Source: Eledone cirrhosa
Lineage: Eukaryota
NCBI GenBank assembly: GCA_964016885.1
Contig: OZ024743.1
Coordinates: forward strand, 320,354,001 to 320,418,000
DNA: 64,000 nucleotides
Direction of reading: 5' to 3'
How positions within the stretch are numbered: position 1 is the first letter of the stretch; the number at the start of each line of letters is the position of its first letter. Under the pieces are notes generated by a model that made no database searches, was not told where the DNA came from, and saw only the letters and a program-made list of their open reading frames with translations. A program made the position numbers and the translations under genes. Shown piece by piece: positions 12,760 through 25,711 of this stretch.

Positions 12760-14682
12760 GACATCAGACAGCTATTAAGTAAAAGTATTAAATCCTGGGA
12801 AACAGAGCTAACATCAGGTCGATAATCCTTGGGAGGCGTGAAGATCAAGATAGGTATCTTACAAGGAGATAGTTTGTCCTCTTTGTTGTTTGTCCTTACC
12901 CTCATACCCTTGTCCCTCATATTGAGAAAAGTGAAAGCAGGATACAAGCTGGGAAGAGGAGAGCTTACAATCAACCACCTCCTCTTCATGGACGATCTAA
13001 AACTCTTTGGGAAAAGCGAGAAGGAGTTGGATGTACTTGTTAACACTGTCCATATTTTCAGCAATGACATATGTATGGAATTTAGTATTAATAAGTGTGG
13101 AGTCCTAGTGATGAAGAGGGGTACATTGAACAGAATCAACGGAATTCAGGTGCCAACAGGTGATATAGTAAAGGAAATCGACACCGAAGAGAGATACAAA
13201 TATTCGGGTGTTCTGGAGACAGATGACATCAAGAACAATAAAATGAAGGATTTGGTAAGATCTGAATACATAAGGAGAGTAAGGAACATACTAAAATCAC
13301 ATCTAAATAGTAGGAATGTCATAAGTGCAGTACATTCCCGAGCTGTGTCTATTATTAGGTATAGGGCGGTAGATTGGCAGTATCGGTAGAGGGTCGGACG
13401 CCATGCTTTCTAGCATAGTTATGTCCCTTTATGATCTGAGTTCAAATCCCGCCGAGGTTGACTTTGCCTTTCATCCTTACGGGGTCGATAGAATAAAGTA
13501 CCAGTAATGCACTGGAATAATTGCTGGCCCTGTGCCAAAAGTAGAAACAATTATTAGGTACAGTGCGGGAATTCTGAAATGGAATGTTACTGAACAAAAC
13601 GAAATGGATAGAAAGACTAGGAAACTAATGACCACCTACAGCATATTCTAAAAGAGGAGTGATGTTGATAGACTCTACTTAAAGAGATTTGATGGAAGAG
13701 GTCTTATCAGCATAGAGGACTGTGTTCAGATGGAGAAAAACAGTCTGCACAAATATGTGTCTGAGAATAGGGAGCCAATGCTCAAAGTTGTACTGAAGAA
13801 GACAATAGACCAGGGGGTGTTGAAGGAGCAGATAACAAAGAGGAAAAGTAGCCTTCATGAAAAATGCCTTCATAGCACCTTCTTTAAGAAAACGGAATTC
13901 AGAGATCCACAGACATGGAGCTGGCTAAAAAGAGGAAACCTTAAAAAAGCTCCAGAAAGAATACTAATGGCCGCATATGAGCAACCCTCAACGAAGTTGG
14001 TGAAACACCATATTGACAAGGAGGAGGCTAGTTCACTGTGTAGGATCTGTGGAGAGAGAGAGGGGGGAGACTGTGGCTCACATCGTATCCGAGTGTAAAC
14101 ACCTAGCCCAGACTCACTATAAAGGCTAGAGGCATGATATAATAGGAAAGGTGATTCACTGGCATCTATGCCAACTAAATAATTTACCACATTCTGAGAA
14201 GTGGTGTGAGCATAAGCCAGGGTCTTTGATAGAAAACGATCAGGTGAAGGTGCTATGGGATTTCAGGTTACAGACAGACAAGAAATTAGAACACAATAAG
14301 CCTGACATGGTGGTTTTTGACAAGGACAAAAGATCGTATCTAATTGTAGATGTAGCCTGCCCCTTTCACAAAAGAGTGCAAGAAAAGGAGAAGGAGAAAA
14401 TTAACCGACACCATTTAAAGTGGGGGTTTAAAAGGTTTTGGGACTGTCGTGAGACCAAGCTCGTCCAATTGTCATAGGAGCACTAGGTATTATCTCAAGG
14501 AGTTTCCAAGGATGGTTAAGGGACATTAGTCCAGCCCACTTTTTTGGAACACTTCAAAAGGCATGCTTGCTGGGAACAGCAAGAACCCTCCGGTACGTCC
14601 TGAATATATGAGGCTGCAGGTAGCGGCGTGATATTCATTTGAACAAACTTTTCAGTTAAATAACATCAACGACTGACACTCC
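12760..14682 (+). mobile_element. Dong/R4-like LINE, diverged 5'-truncated copy
   Basis: QGDSLS, FMDD, CRIC and KPDMVV..DVACP. Stops and frameshifts present. (AAT)n tail. Confidence 0.9.
13362..13549 (+). mobile_element. SINE family A nested in a Dong-like copy
   Basis: A and B boxes present. TSD attattaggta at 13351-13361 and 13550-13560. The host LINE sequence resumes exactly after it. Confidence 0.9.
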
Positions 14683-14708
14683 AATAATAATAATAATAAT
14701 AATAATAA

Positions 14709-15129
14709 TTACAGACGGACAAGAAACTGGAACACAATAGACCTGACCTGGTGGTTGTGGACAAAGAAAAAAGATCGTGTCTGATTGTGGATGTGGCCTG
14801 TCCATTCGACACGAGAGTGCAAGAGAAGGAGAGGGAGAAAATTAACCGATACCAGGACTTGAAGTGGGAGGTAAAAAGGATTTGGAACTGCCATGAAGTC
14901 AAAGTGATCCCGATTGTCATAGGCGCACTGGGGACTATCTCCAAAAGTTTCCAGGGATGGTTAAAGAAAATTGGCCCCTTCACGCTTTTTGGAACGCTTC
15001 AAAAGGCATGCTTGCTGGGAACAGCAAGAACCCTCCGATACGTCCTGCATATCTGAGGCTGCAGGTAGTGGCTTGATATTCATTCCAACGGACTTTCCAG
15101 TTAACTAACATCAATGACAGAGATTCAAG

Positions 15130-15131
<2 letters not shown>
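14709..15131 (+). mobile_element. Dong/R4-like LINE, short 5'-truncated copy
   Basis: RLE C-terminus and 3' UTR are near-identical to 28885-29246. Flanked by (AAT)n. Confidence 0.92.
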
Positions 15132-15185
<54 letters not shown>

Positions 15186-15427
15186 TTTTCTTTATTAACC
15201 ACCAGAGTTCACATAAAGTAGACATTAAGGACAGTACAGGACAATACAGGACGGTACAAATGGGCATTTCTGCGTGTAAAAAAACAGAGGTTGAAATAAA
15301 ATAACAAAGAAAAATTCCCCAATAGGGGGGAGACTTCCGAGGGACATCTGTGGAGAAAGCCCATTAAAAGACCACAGTGGCCCTGACCACCAGGGCAAGT
15401 GCCCTCTCCCAGTTTTCCACCTTTAAT

Positions 15428-18400
15428 TTACAGACACATACTCAGAGAAGGCCCATTCATTCGGGCCATACTTGCTTCTCTCACCCATCTTTCAACAAAA
15501 TTCTGGGAAGAGAGCACTTCCCTCTCTACCCTGATTTTCCTTTTCAAATGAAATTTGAAAAAGTTAATCAGGGCATCACCGAAGAGGTAAGTGCTCGTCT
15601 TCAGCCCTTTCAAACGTGTCCACCATACTATCTCTTTCGCCATGGCCACCAGACAGATAAAAACTCCCTGCCCTTCCAGGCTAAAGGAAGGGGGCGGGGC
15701 AATCCTCACGATGGACTCAGCTGATAGCTGGATCCATCCTACACGTGACAGCAGGTGTTCGACATAAACCCACAAGTCAGCAATGCTCGGACACTGGACG
15801 AGTGCGTGCAGGACGGTTTCGTCGCCCTGCGCGCATCTCGGACATGCCCGGCTGACGGCACCTCCATGCCTGTAGAGTTTATCCCGAACTGGCAAAGCTC
15901 CTCGGTAGCACTGCCAGGCCAGGGATTTCTGGAAGTTGTCCATAGGCCCCGGCCCGAAAGTCCTTCCGAAGAGATTGGCTAGTTGATTTTCGTCGACGCC
16001 TAGAGTTTCTCCAAGTACGTCGTCGCTCTTCCCCTCCACTAATCCCCTATAGAACGCCAAGGTGGAGTTTCCACCGATCACATTGCCCGATTGGTCGAGG
16101 GCTGTGAGCGCCTGAAGACATTCCAGTCTCCAAGCGCTCCCTCTCGGTCTTCGCTTGACCCAGGACTGCAGCTCCGTCAAGGAGACGAGCTGGGGAAAAA
16201 CCTGTCTTGCAAACGGCGACCACACCTGATCACCGTCGAGGAAGAGGTGGAGATGTCGTAGCCTGAGCGCGTGTCTGCGCATCATCAGCCACGGCATGCC
16301 CAGCCCTCCACGTAGCGGGTGTTGACAGCAGATGGACCGCCTGACCATCGGAGCGCGTCCCTTCCACAAGAAGCGAAAGAGCAAACGCTCCAGCGCAGTC
16401 AGGCGGGGCTTAGGACAAGGTAAGACGGTCAGGCGGTAGTAGATGACGGATGCGATGTACGCATTCGCCACCTCCGCTCGACCTTTCAGGGATAGCTTCC
16501 TCTCGGCCCATTTCTGGGTGAGAGAAGCCACCCTGCTCGTCACCTCGTCCCAGTTTTTGTCCGTCTGGAGGTCTGGACCGAACCAGACCCCTAGCAATTT
16601 AACCGGTCCGTCCGTCCAGCGCCCGACGACGCTGTTGGACGGCATGGACCTGCCTCTCCAGGTGCCGAGCTGCAGGCCCACTGACTTTTCCTGGTTGATC
16701 ATTGCTCCTGTCACCGCTTCGTATTCTCTTAGTGTAGTGCCGATCGCCTCGATGTGTTTGGCGTTCGACACCACTACGGTGACATCGTCGGCATATGCTG
16801 ACACGGATCTTCCGCATCCTAGTTCGCGCGGGACCCCCCTCAACGTCTCCAGTTTGTGCAGTAATGGCTCGAGAGTCAATACGTACAATAGGGACGAGAG
16901 GGGACATCCTTGGCGGACCGAGCGCATGATGTTGAACGGTTCCGAAAGGTGACCGTTCACTCTCACTACAGAGCAGATGTCGCTGTGCATGGCAGCGATC
17001 CAGCCTCTGAAGACGGGCCCAAATGCAGCCGCCCTCAGGACTGCCGTTAGGTAACGATGGTCGACCCTATCGAAGGCTTTCGACTGATCTAAATTGATCA
17101 AAGACCCAACCGTGCCAGGTTCCCTAGCTACCCTCTCTACGATGTATCGCATGAGGTGGAGGTTGTCGTGCATGGATCTGTCGGGAATGGCGCATGTCTG
17201 CGCCTCTCCCACCAGACCACCAACGACAAGCGCCAACCTCTTTGCTAGCACTTTGGCCAAAATCTTGAACTCTGTGTTTAGCAGAGTTATGGGCCTAAAA
17301 TTATCTATGTTATCCCCCTTGTTCGGATCCTTTCTCAGCAGCGCCACCGCTCCTCGGCTCACAGAGCTGGGAATTCTCCCGTTCTGTTGCCAGTTGCAGT
17401 AGACGTCCGCCAAGAGGCCTCCGAACAAGTTTGGCATTTGTACGTAAAGTTCATAGGGCAGACCATCCAACCCAGGCGATTTACCCCTTGTGCAACTAGT
17501 CATTGCATCCCGTACTTCAGCGGTTGTTATCGGCTTTTCGCACACTCCGCCTCAGTGGCCGAAAGCTGCGGCAGTCCGTCGAGGTAGACACTAAAGTCCA
17601 TCCCTCGATCCGGCCCGCCACTTCCCCCGAACAGTTGAGCGAAGTGTCGCTGAAAAGCTTCACACATTTGCCCGGGATCGAGTAGCATGCGCCCGTCGTG
17701 GTCCACCAAAGACCGGATCGTGGCTTTGTTTCCACGACGCGCCTCCGCCACTCGGGCCCATTGAACGGCTTTCGTCCCCTCGTGTCTGAGAGCACGCACC
17801 CTAGCTCTGACAACGCAGCCTTCGTGCTTTGCATTGAAGAATTGGTCAAGGGCCAATTTCGCCGCAAGTACGTCGGTCGCGATGCCTTTGCTAAGCGCCT
17901 CATCTAATTTTCTAACTAATTCTCCCTCTGCTCTATTTTTCTCTATTGCTAAAGTCTTACTAAACCTAATGGACTCTATTCTAATTGCTCTTTTCAGAGC
18001 AAACCACCACTTGTTGTTGACGATGGCCCCCGTCAACGCCCGCTTAACTAGTTCGCTAATCCGGTCTCTGTAGGCCTTGCGCGCTGGTAAGGACGCGTTT
18101 AGCTTTCAGTAGCCGGGTCCTCGTCTATGAAGCCTATCTAAGTCAAGCACACAGATCACGAATTTGTGGTCCGTGTAGCTGACTATCTTGAATTGTGGAC
18201 AGCCTATGCTAGACCTATCTATTTCCCTACAAAATACTCTATCTAGATATGATCTGGATGACCCTATGCGATTTGTCCAAGTCCACATTGGTACATTCGG
18301 GAAATCCATTCGGTACCTGTCAGACAGTTCAAAACGTCTGAGCAGGTTGGTGAGACTCTTGCACCCTCCTTCCCTATCCACTAATCCCACACAATCCCAG

Positions 18401-18846
18401 CGTGCATCTAAGATCCCGTTCCAGTCGCCCACTAACACTAAAGAGCGGGACGTTCCAAGAAAGGTCTCCAGACGCCGGAAGAAATCAGGCCGCCCTGCTC
18501 CTGTCGGGGCATAGACGGCCACTAACCTGAAAGCTTGCCCGTCTCCGCTGGTCACGTCCAGCACCACCAACTTACCTTCTGGGTCCAGGAAGATGGCCCG
18601 TATGGCAAGATCCAAACCTCTCCGAAAAAGCACAGCAACTCCTCCCCCCGATCCCGGACGGCTGGGAGATGCGTACACATCGTAGCCGCCGAAGATCGGT
18701 GCGAAAGCCTGTGCTTCGGAGATTCTGGTCTCGCTGATGGCCACTACATCTATGTTTAGTGACCTGAGGTCGTTGAGCAGGTGGCCCTGCTTCCATGACG
18801 ACCCCAAGCCACGCGCATTTATGCTGCCTATACTGAGTGAGGTCAT
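15428..18846 (-). pseudogene. ORF2: APE endonuclease, reverse transcriptase and C-terminal zinc finger
   Basis: SINARGL, ISET, GDWN, YLDR, TDH (APE); GLDG, FRPITLLN, DQSKAFD, QGCPLS, YADD (RT); CPRC..ETVLHALVQC. One nonsense codon (GY*KLN at 18106) and one frameshift near 17540. Confidence 0.92.
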
Positions 18847-18880
18847 GTTGAAAAGGAGTGGAAAAGATGGGAAAGACCAC

Positions 18881-20874
18881 TTACCTTACTTCTCGTAGGG
18901 GAAGGACGGCTTTTCCATCCTTTTCACTGCTTGTGGCCTCCTCAGGAAGGATGTCCTTATAAATCCTCCTGGAGAGTGCTTGTCGGAAGTCTTCGATGTC
19001 TTTGGGGAATTTTTGTTTTAGTGTCATGTACGTTTTCTGTGTGATGCGAGTGATTTGTATGTGTGGAGGTGGTGTGAATTTTGGGGTTGTTGTGTAGTCT
19101 TTTTCTGTGATGCTGGTGTTGTGTTGGATGTAGTGTAATAATTGCTTGTTGTTCAAATTTAATGCTGTGTAGTGTGTATCGTTTTGGTTGTTTTGTTTTG
19201 TTTGCGTTTGTTGTGGGTTTGTTTCTGTTTCGCATTTTGGTGATTTTTGTGGTGTAGGTGATGGTGGTGTTGGAGTTAATGATGGTGATGGTGTTGGTGT
19301 TTGGGTTGATGGGGTTGGTGATGCTGGTGTGGATGGTGGCATATCTGTCCTAACTTTTTTGTTTCTTAGTTTATTTGTTTCCCTCTGTATTTTGTTTTTG
19401 GAGGAGGAAGGAAGAGAATTTTTTCTTTTTTGGTTTCTTTTTTTTTTCCGGATATCGTTTCCCACTCCTCGTCGTCACAATCTGTCTCCAGTTGTGATAG
19501 GCCGGGGAGTGGAAAATCCTCCACAGCCGTTAGTTTTGGTTGTGGTGTGGTGGATGGTGTAGGCGCTGGTGCTAGTTCTGAAGCGTTGGGTGGTGGTGGT
19601 GTTGGTTTTGCTGGTGGTGGTAGTGGTGTTGGTTTTGCTACTGTTGCTGGGGTTGTTGCTGTTATAGTTGCTTCTGTTGTTGCTGCTACAGTTGTTGCTG
19701 GCATCTCTGCTACTGGTGGCGTTGATGGTTGTGTCACTGGGGTGGGTAGGAGAGGTGGCCTCAACCTTTTAGCCTGAGGGCAGAAAGCCCTTAGGTGGGT
19801 TCCTTCACCACAAACGACACACCTAGGTCTTCTGCCCTCGACAATTACCGTGAGGTGGCTGCCGTCAGTGAGGTCTATTACCGCTGGGATCTCCTCAATG
19901 CTTTTTTGGTCCGCTTGGATCAGGAGCTCCATCCCAGATCCGGACCAGTTTTCCTGCTTTTCTTTTGCTATTGTTATTATTTTCGTGTTGGCCTCGATGC
20001 CGGCGATGACAGCCGCTATTAGCCAGGGAATTTCGATGGCCGGTGGAACGTGGGTCACCCTGATCTTTACGAGTCTCTGGCCACAATAACTTGGGACGAG
20101 TGTGAAGTCGTCACTTTTTAATGGGGCCATGGAGTGTTCTCTAGCCTCCTCTGGTGTTTCAAAGAACACATCCACGGTTCCATACTTTTGCCCACGTCTG
20201 ATGTGGGTTTTTCTTGCCCACACATGTCCCAAAGCTTTTTGGATTTGGGACTCGGATGCCCGTTCCACTCGGCGCGATTTTACATTTATTGTTCTATACG
20301 ACACGGTGCATAGGCGCCGATGCTCCATTTTATTAGGTGGGGGGGGGGGGGGATGAGGCTGACCCTGTACCCATCTTTCTTTACCATTTGTTTGGCATTT
20401 TCTAAATCTTCTTGAGTTACCGTGAACGCTTCGAATTGTTTTGCTACGATGGCGAAACTGAGGGTCGGTTTTATAATGTCATTGTTGTTGTTGTTGCTAT
20501 CGTTAATATTAATTTTATTTTCAGTTGTGGTGGTGGTGACGTCAGTCGTCTTTGGTGGGGAAGAGTCCATTTTGCTTGATTTCATTTCGACGTCACGAGT
20601 TAATTTATTTTTTTCTTCTTTTGTTTCTGTTGTCGCGGTGGTGGTGGTGGTGGTGGTTGTCGCGGTGGTGGTGGTGGTGGAGGGTTTAACACCTGCAGTC
20701 ATTGGTAATGGCGGAAAAGGAATGTCTGCCTGAGACAAATTTAAAATATTGCTACTGCTTATATTTTTTTTTTGTGTTGGCAAACGTAGTAACATTTACA
20801 ATGGTGGTGTCGGTGTGAGGTGTTATTTTGTGAGGAAGGCTTTCAGCTGCTTCGTGCAGAGGGGAATTAGCCAT
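18881..20874 (-). pseudogene. ORF1 (gag-like, with CCHC knuckle and Pro/Thr-rich linker)
   Basis: Start MANSPLHE at 20874. CVVCGEGTHLRAFC fits CX2CX4HX4C. Three frame breaks, all in homopolymer runs (about 20768, 20345 and 19442). Confidence 0.8.
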
Positions 20875-21083
20875 TTTTTTTCAAAGAAATTTTTGGATAA
20901 TAATAAAAGTTAAAATTTTGGGCACAAGGCCCCAATCTTTTTGGGTGTCCTTTTCGGAAAACAATGTATGTGTGCTTATAAACAGTTTACAATAACATTT
21001 TCCATAAATGGCAATTTTTAAACAAACGGAAATAACAAACCTTTGCGGAGCTCACGATAATACGATTTCCTACGTAGGTCGCC

Positions 21084-21234
<151 letters not shown>

Positions 21235-21236
<2 letters not shown>

Positions 21237-21665
21237 ACGACTAGGAAGCTATTGACTATATACAACATGTTCCACAAGAGGAGTGATGTCGATAGACTCT
21301 ACTTAAGGAGATCTGAAGGTGGAAGAGGTCTTATCAGCATAGAGGACTGCATTCAGATGGAGAAAAACAACCTACACAAATACGTGACTGATAGTAAGGG
21401 GCCAATGCTCAGAATTGGAACTGCCATGAAGTCAAAGTGGTCCCGATTGTCATAGGCGCACTAAGTACTATCTCAAAAAGTGTCCAGGGATGGTTAAAGA
21501 AAATTGACACCGCCCCGCTTTTTGGAACGCTTCAAAAGGCATGCTTGCTGGGAACAGCAAGAACCCTCCGATACGTCCTGAATATCTGAGGCTGCAGGTA
21601 GTGGCTTGATATTCATTTCAACAAACTTTCCAGTTAACTAACATCAATGACTGAGACTCAAAGAA
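21235..21665 (+). mobile_element. Dong/R4-like copy, truncated, with a large internal deletion
   Basis: RKLLTIYNMFHKRSDVDRLY is joined near 21415 to the WNCHEVK..3' UTR segment. Confidence 0.88.
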
Positions 21666-21687
21666 CAATAATAATAATAATAATAAT

Positions 21688-21875
21688 TGTTTCTACTTTT
21701 GGCACAAGGCCAGCAATTATCCCAGTGTATTACTGTTACCTTATTTTATCGACCCCTTAAGGATGAAAGGCAAAGTTAACCTCGGCGGGTTTTGAACTCA
21801 GTCCGTAAAGGGACGTAACTGTGGTGCAAAGCATGGCGTCCGACCCTCTACCGATACTGCCAATCCACCGCCCTA
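21688..21875 (-). mobile_element. SINE family A, full length, in (AAT)n
   Basis: Reverse complement of the family consensus, with A and B boxes. Confidence 0.9.
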
Positions 21876-21894
21876 TAATAATAATAATAATAAT

Positions 21895-22073
21895 TGTTTC
21901 TACTTTTGGCACAAGGCCAGCAATTTCCCAGTGTATTACTGGTACTTTATTTTATCGACCCCCGTAAGGATGAAAGGCAAAGTTAACCTCGGCGGGATTT
22001 GAACTCAGAATGGCAAGGGCCGTATATCTATGCGTCAAAGCATGGCGTCCGACCCTCTACCGATACTGCCAAT
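21895..22073 (-). mobile_element. SINE family A in (AAT)n
   Basis: Second tandem copy. Confidence 0.9.
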
Positions 22074-22377
22074 AAGGAGAGGGAGAAAATTAACCGATAC
22101 CACGACTTAAAGTGGGAGGTAAAAAGGATTTGGAACTGCCATGAAGTCAAAGTGATCCCGATTGTCATAGGCGCACTGGGGACTATCTCCAAAAGCTTCC
22201 AGGGATGGTTAAAGAAAATCGGCCCCTTCACGCTTTTTGGAACGCTTCAAAAGGCATGCTTGCTGGGAACAGCAAGAACCCTCCGATACGTCCTGAATAT
22301 CTGAGGCTGCAGGTAGTGGCTTGATATTCATTCCAACGGACTTTCCAGTTAACTAACATCAATGATTGAGATTCAAG

Positions 22378-22380
<3 letters not shown>
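22074..22380 (+). mobile_element. Dong/R4-like 3' fragment
   Basis: KEREKINRY..LRYVLNI*, then the 3' UTR and (AAT)n. Confidence 0.92.
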
Positions 22381-22437
<57 letters not shown>

Positions 22438-22439
<2 letters not shown>

Positions 22440-22968
22440 CACCTATGCAAAGTAAACAATTTACCACATTCTGAGAAATGGTATGAGCATAGGCCAGAGG
22501 CGGTGATGGAGAACAATCAGGTGAAGGTGCTGTGGGATTTTAGGATACAGACGGACAAAAAACTGGAACACAATAGACCTGACCTGGTGGTTGTGGACAA
22601 AGAAAAAAGATCCTGTCTGATTGCGGATGTGGCCTGCCCGTTCGACACGAGAGTGCAAGAGAAGGAGAGGGAGAAAATTAACCGATACCAGGACCTAAAG
22701 TGGGAGGTGAAAAGGATTTGGAACTGCCATGAAGTCAAAGTGATCCCGATTGTCATAGGCGCACTGGGGACTATCTCCAAAAGTTTCCAGGGATGGTTAA
22801 AGAAAATCGGCCCCTTCACGCTTTTTGGAACGCTTCAAAAGGCATGCTTGCTTGGAACAGCAAGAACCCTCCGATACGTCCTGAATATCTGAGGCTGCAG
22901 GTAGTGGCTTGATATTCAATCCAACGGACTTTCCAGTTAACCAACATCAATGACTGAGATTCAAGGAA
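22438..22968 (+). mobile_element. Dong/R4-like 3' fragment
   Basis: HLCKVNNLP..RPDLVV..LRYVLNI*, then (AAT)n. Confidence 0.92.
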
Positions 22969-22972
22969 TAAC

Positions 22973-24393
<1,421 letters not shown>

Positions 24394-24404
24394 GTAATAA
24401 CAAC

Positions 24405-24436
<32 letters not shown>

Positions 24437-24617
24437 GAAGAAGAAGAATAAGGGAAGAAGACGCACGAGGTGACGGAGGTCATGAAATCGCTCCCGTAAG
24501 TTTTGAATTTTTAACATATTTAAATCATTTGTGAAATAACAACTCTTAGTACAAATGCTACGTAAAGCACCCGGCTTGAGCCCCCAAAAAAGTCGGACCC
24601 AAAATATATTGTTATAA

Positions 24618-25260
24618 GGCTCAAATATTCAAATATTCAACTTTGTATTGTACACTGTATATCCAAAAAAAAATGGCTATAAATGCAAGAAGAAGAACCC
24701 CCCCCCTCCTCTCCTCTGGCTACACTATATAGGACAGCTAAACTCACCAACACCAGAAACTAGATACACCACCCACCCCATCATCTGTGTACACTAAACA
24801 CAACAGCATTTTCACCTTCACCGCCACCGCTCACTACGGCCATCATTACCACCACTATCCCATCACCGCCGCCACCACCCCTTGACTCCTTCACTGCTGC
24901 TGCCACCGCTACAGCACCATCACTACAGTAATACGGCTCAAATATTCAAATATTCAACTTTGTATTGTACACTGTATATCCAAAAAAAAAAATAAAATGG
25001 CTATAAATGGAAGAAGAAGACCCCCCCCCCTCCTCTCCTCTGGCTACACTATATAGGACAGCGAAACTCACCAACACCAGAAACTAGATACACCACCCAC
25101 CCCATCATCTGTGTACACTAAACACAACAGCATTTTCACCTTCACCGCCACCGCTCACTACGGCCATCATTACCACCACTATCCCATCACCGCCGCCACC
25201 ACCCCTTGACTCCTTCACTGCTGCTGCCACCGCTACAGCACCATCACTACAGTAATACGG
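24618..25260. repeat. Near-perfect tandem duplication of about 320 bp in an unassigned insert
   Basis: ggctcaaatattcaaatattc...cagtaatac occurs at 24618-24934 and again at 24935-25258. Confidence 0.9.
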
Positions 25261-25711
25261 TCGCATCACCGCCACCACTGCCTCGGTATCGACATCACCA
25301 CCACCACTGTCTCAGTATCGCCAACGCCGCCAGTCTCTGCTGGCTGCCACTTCCACATTATAGAATTCCTACTACTAACAAAGAGGAAGGCATCAAAATA
25401 TATAGATAGACTCAAAAGAAAAAAGAAAAAACAAACAACAAAAGCAGCACAGCAACAACAGCAAAAAACGAGAAAAACAAACAGAGAAAAACAAAAACAA
25501 AAAAAAACACCCCAAAAACGTAAAGAAAATAAGAATGAAGAGAGAAGCAGGCGGACGGACAGAGAAGAGGGGGGAAAAAGTAAAACTTAAAAAACAAAAA
25601 CTAAGTCAGACATTCGAATACTACATTACAATGAAACTTATGCTTATTCATTTTTGGGGCCCTTTCTCCCCGTGTGTTTGTTTGTTTATGTGTGTCCGTA
25701 TACAGCGTGGT

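Larger units (their letters stand above)
15185..21083 (-). mobile_element. Full-length Tx1/L1-clade non-LTR retrotransposon inserted in (AAT)n
   Basis: 5' UTR, ORF1, ORF2, and a 3' UTR with AATAAA at the end. Both termini abut (AAT)n arrays. Confidence 0.92.

Noticed and set aside
13364-13455. tRNA gene candidates (A/B boxes here and at 3405, 21800 and 42706)
   Set aside because: They are SINE heads with no full cloverleaf, followed by a shared SINE body and TSDs.
16443-17402. Long plus-strand ORFs over the Tx1 element, and minus-strand ORFs over the Dong copies
   Set aside because: They are antisense shadows of GC-rich retrotransposon coding sequence.
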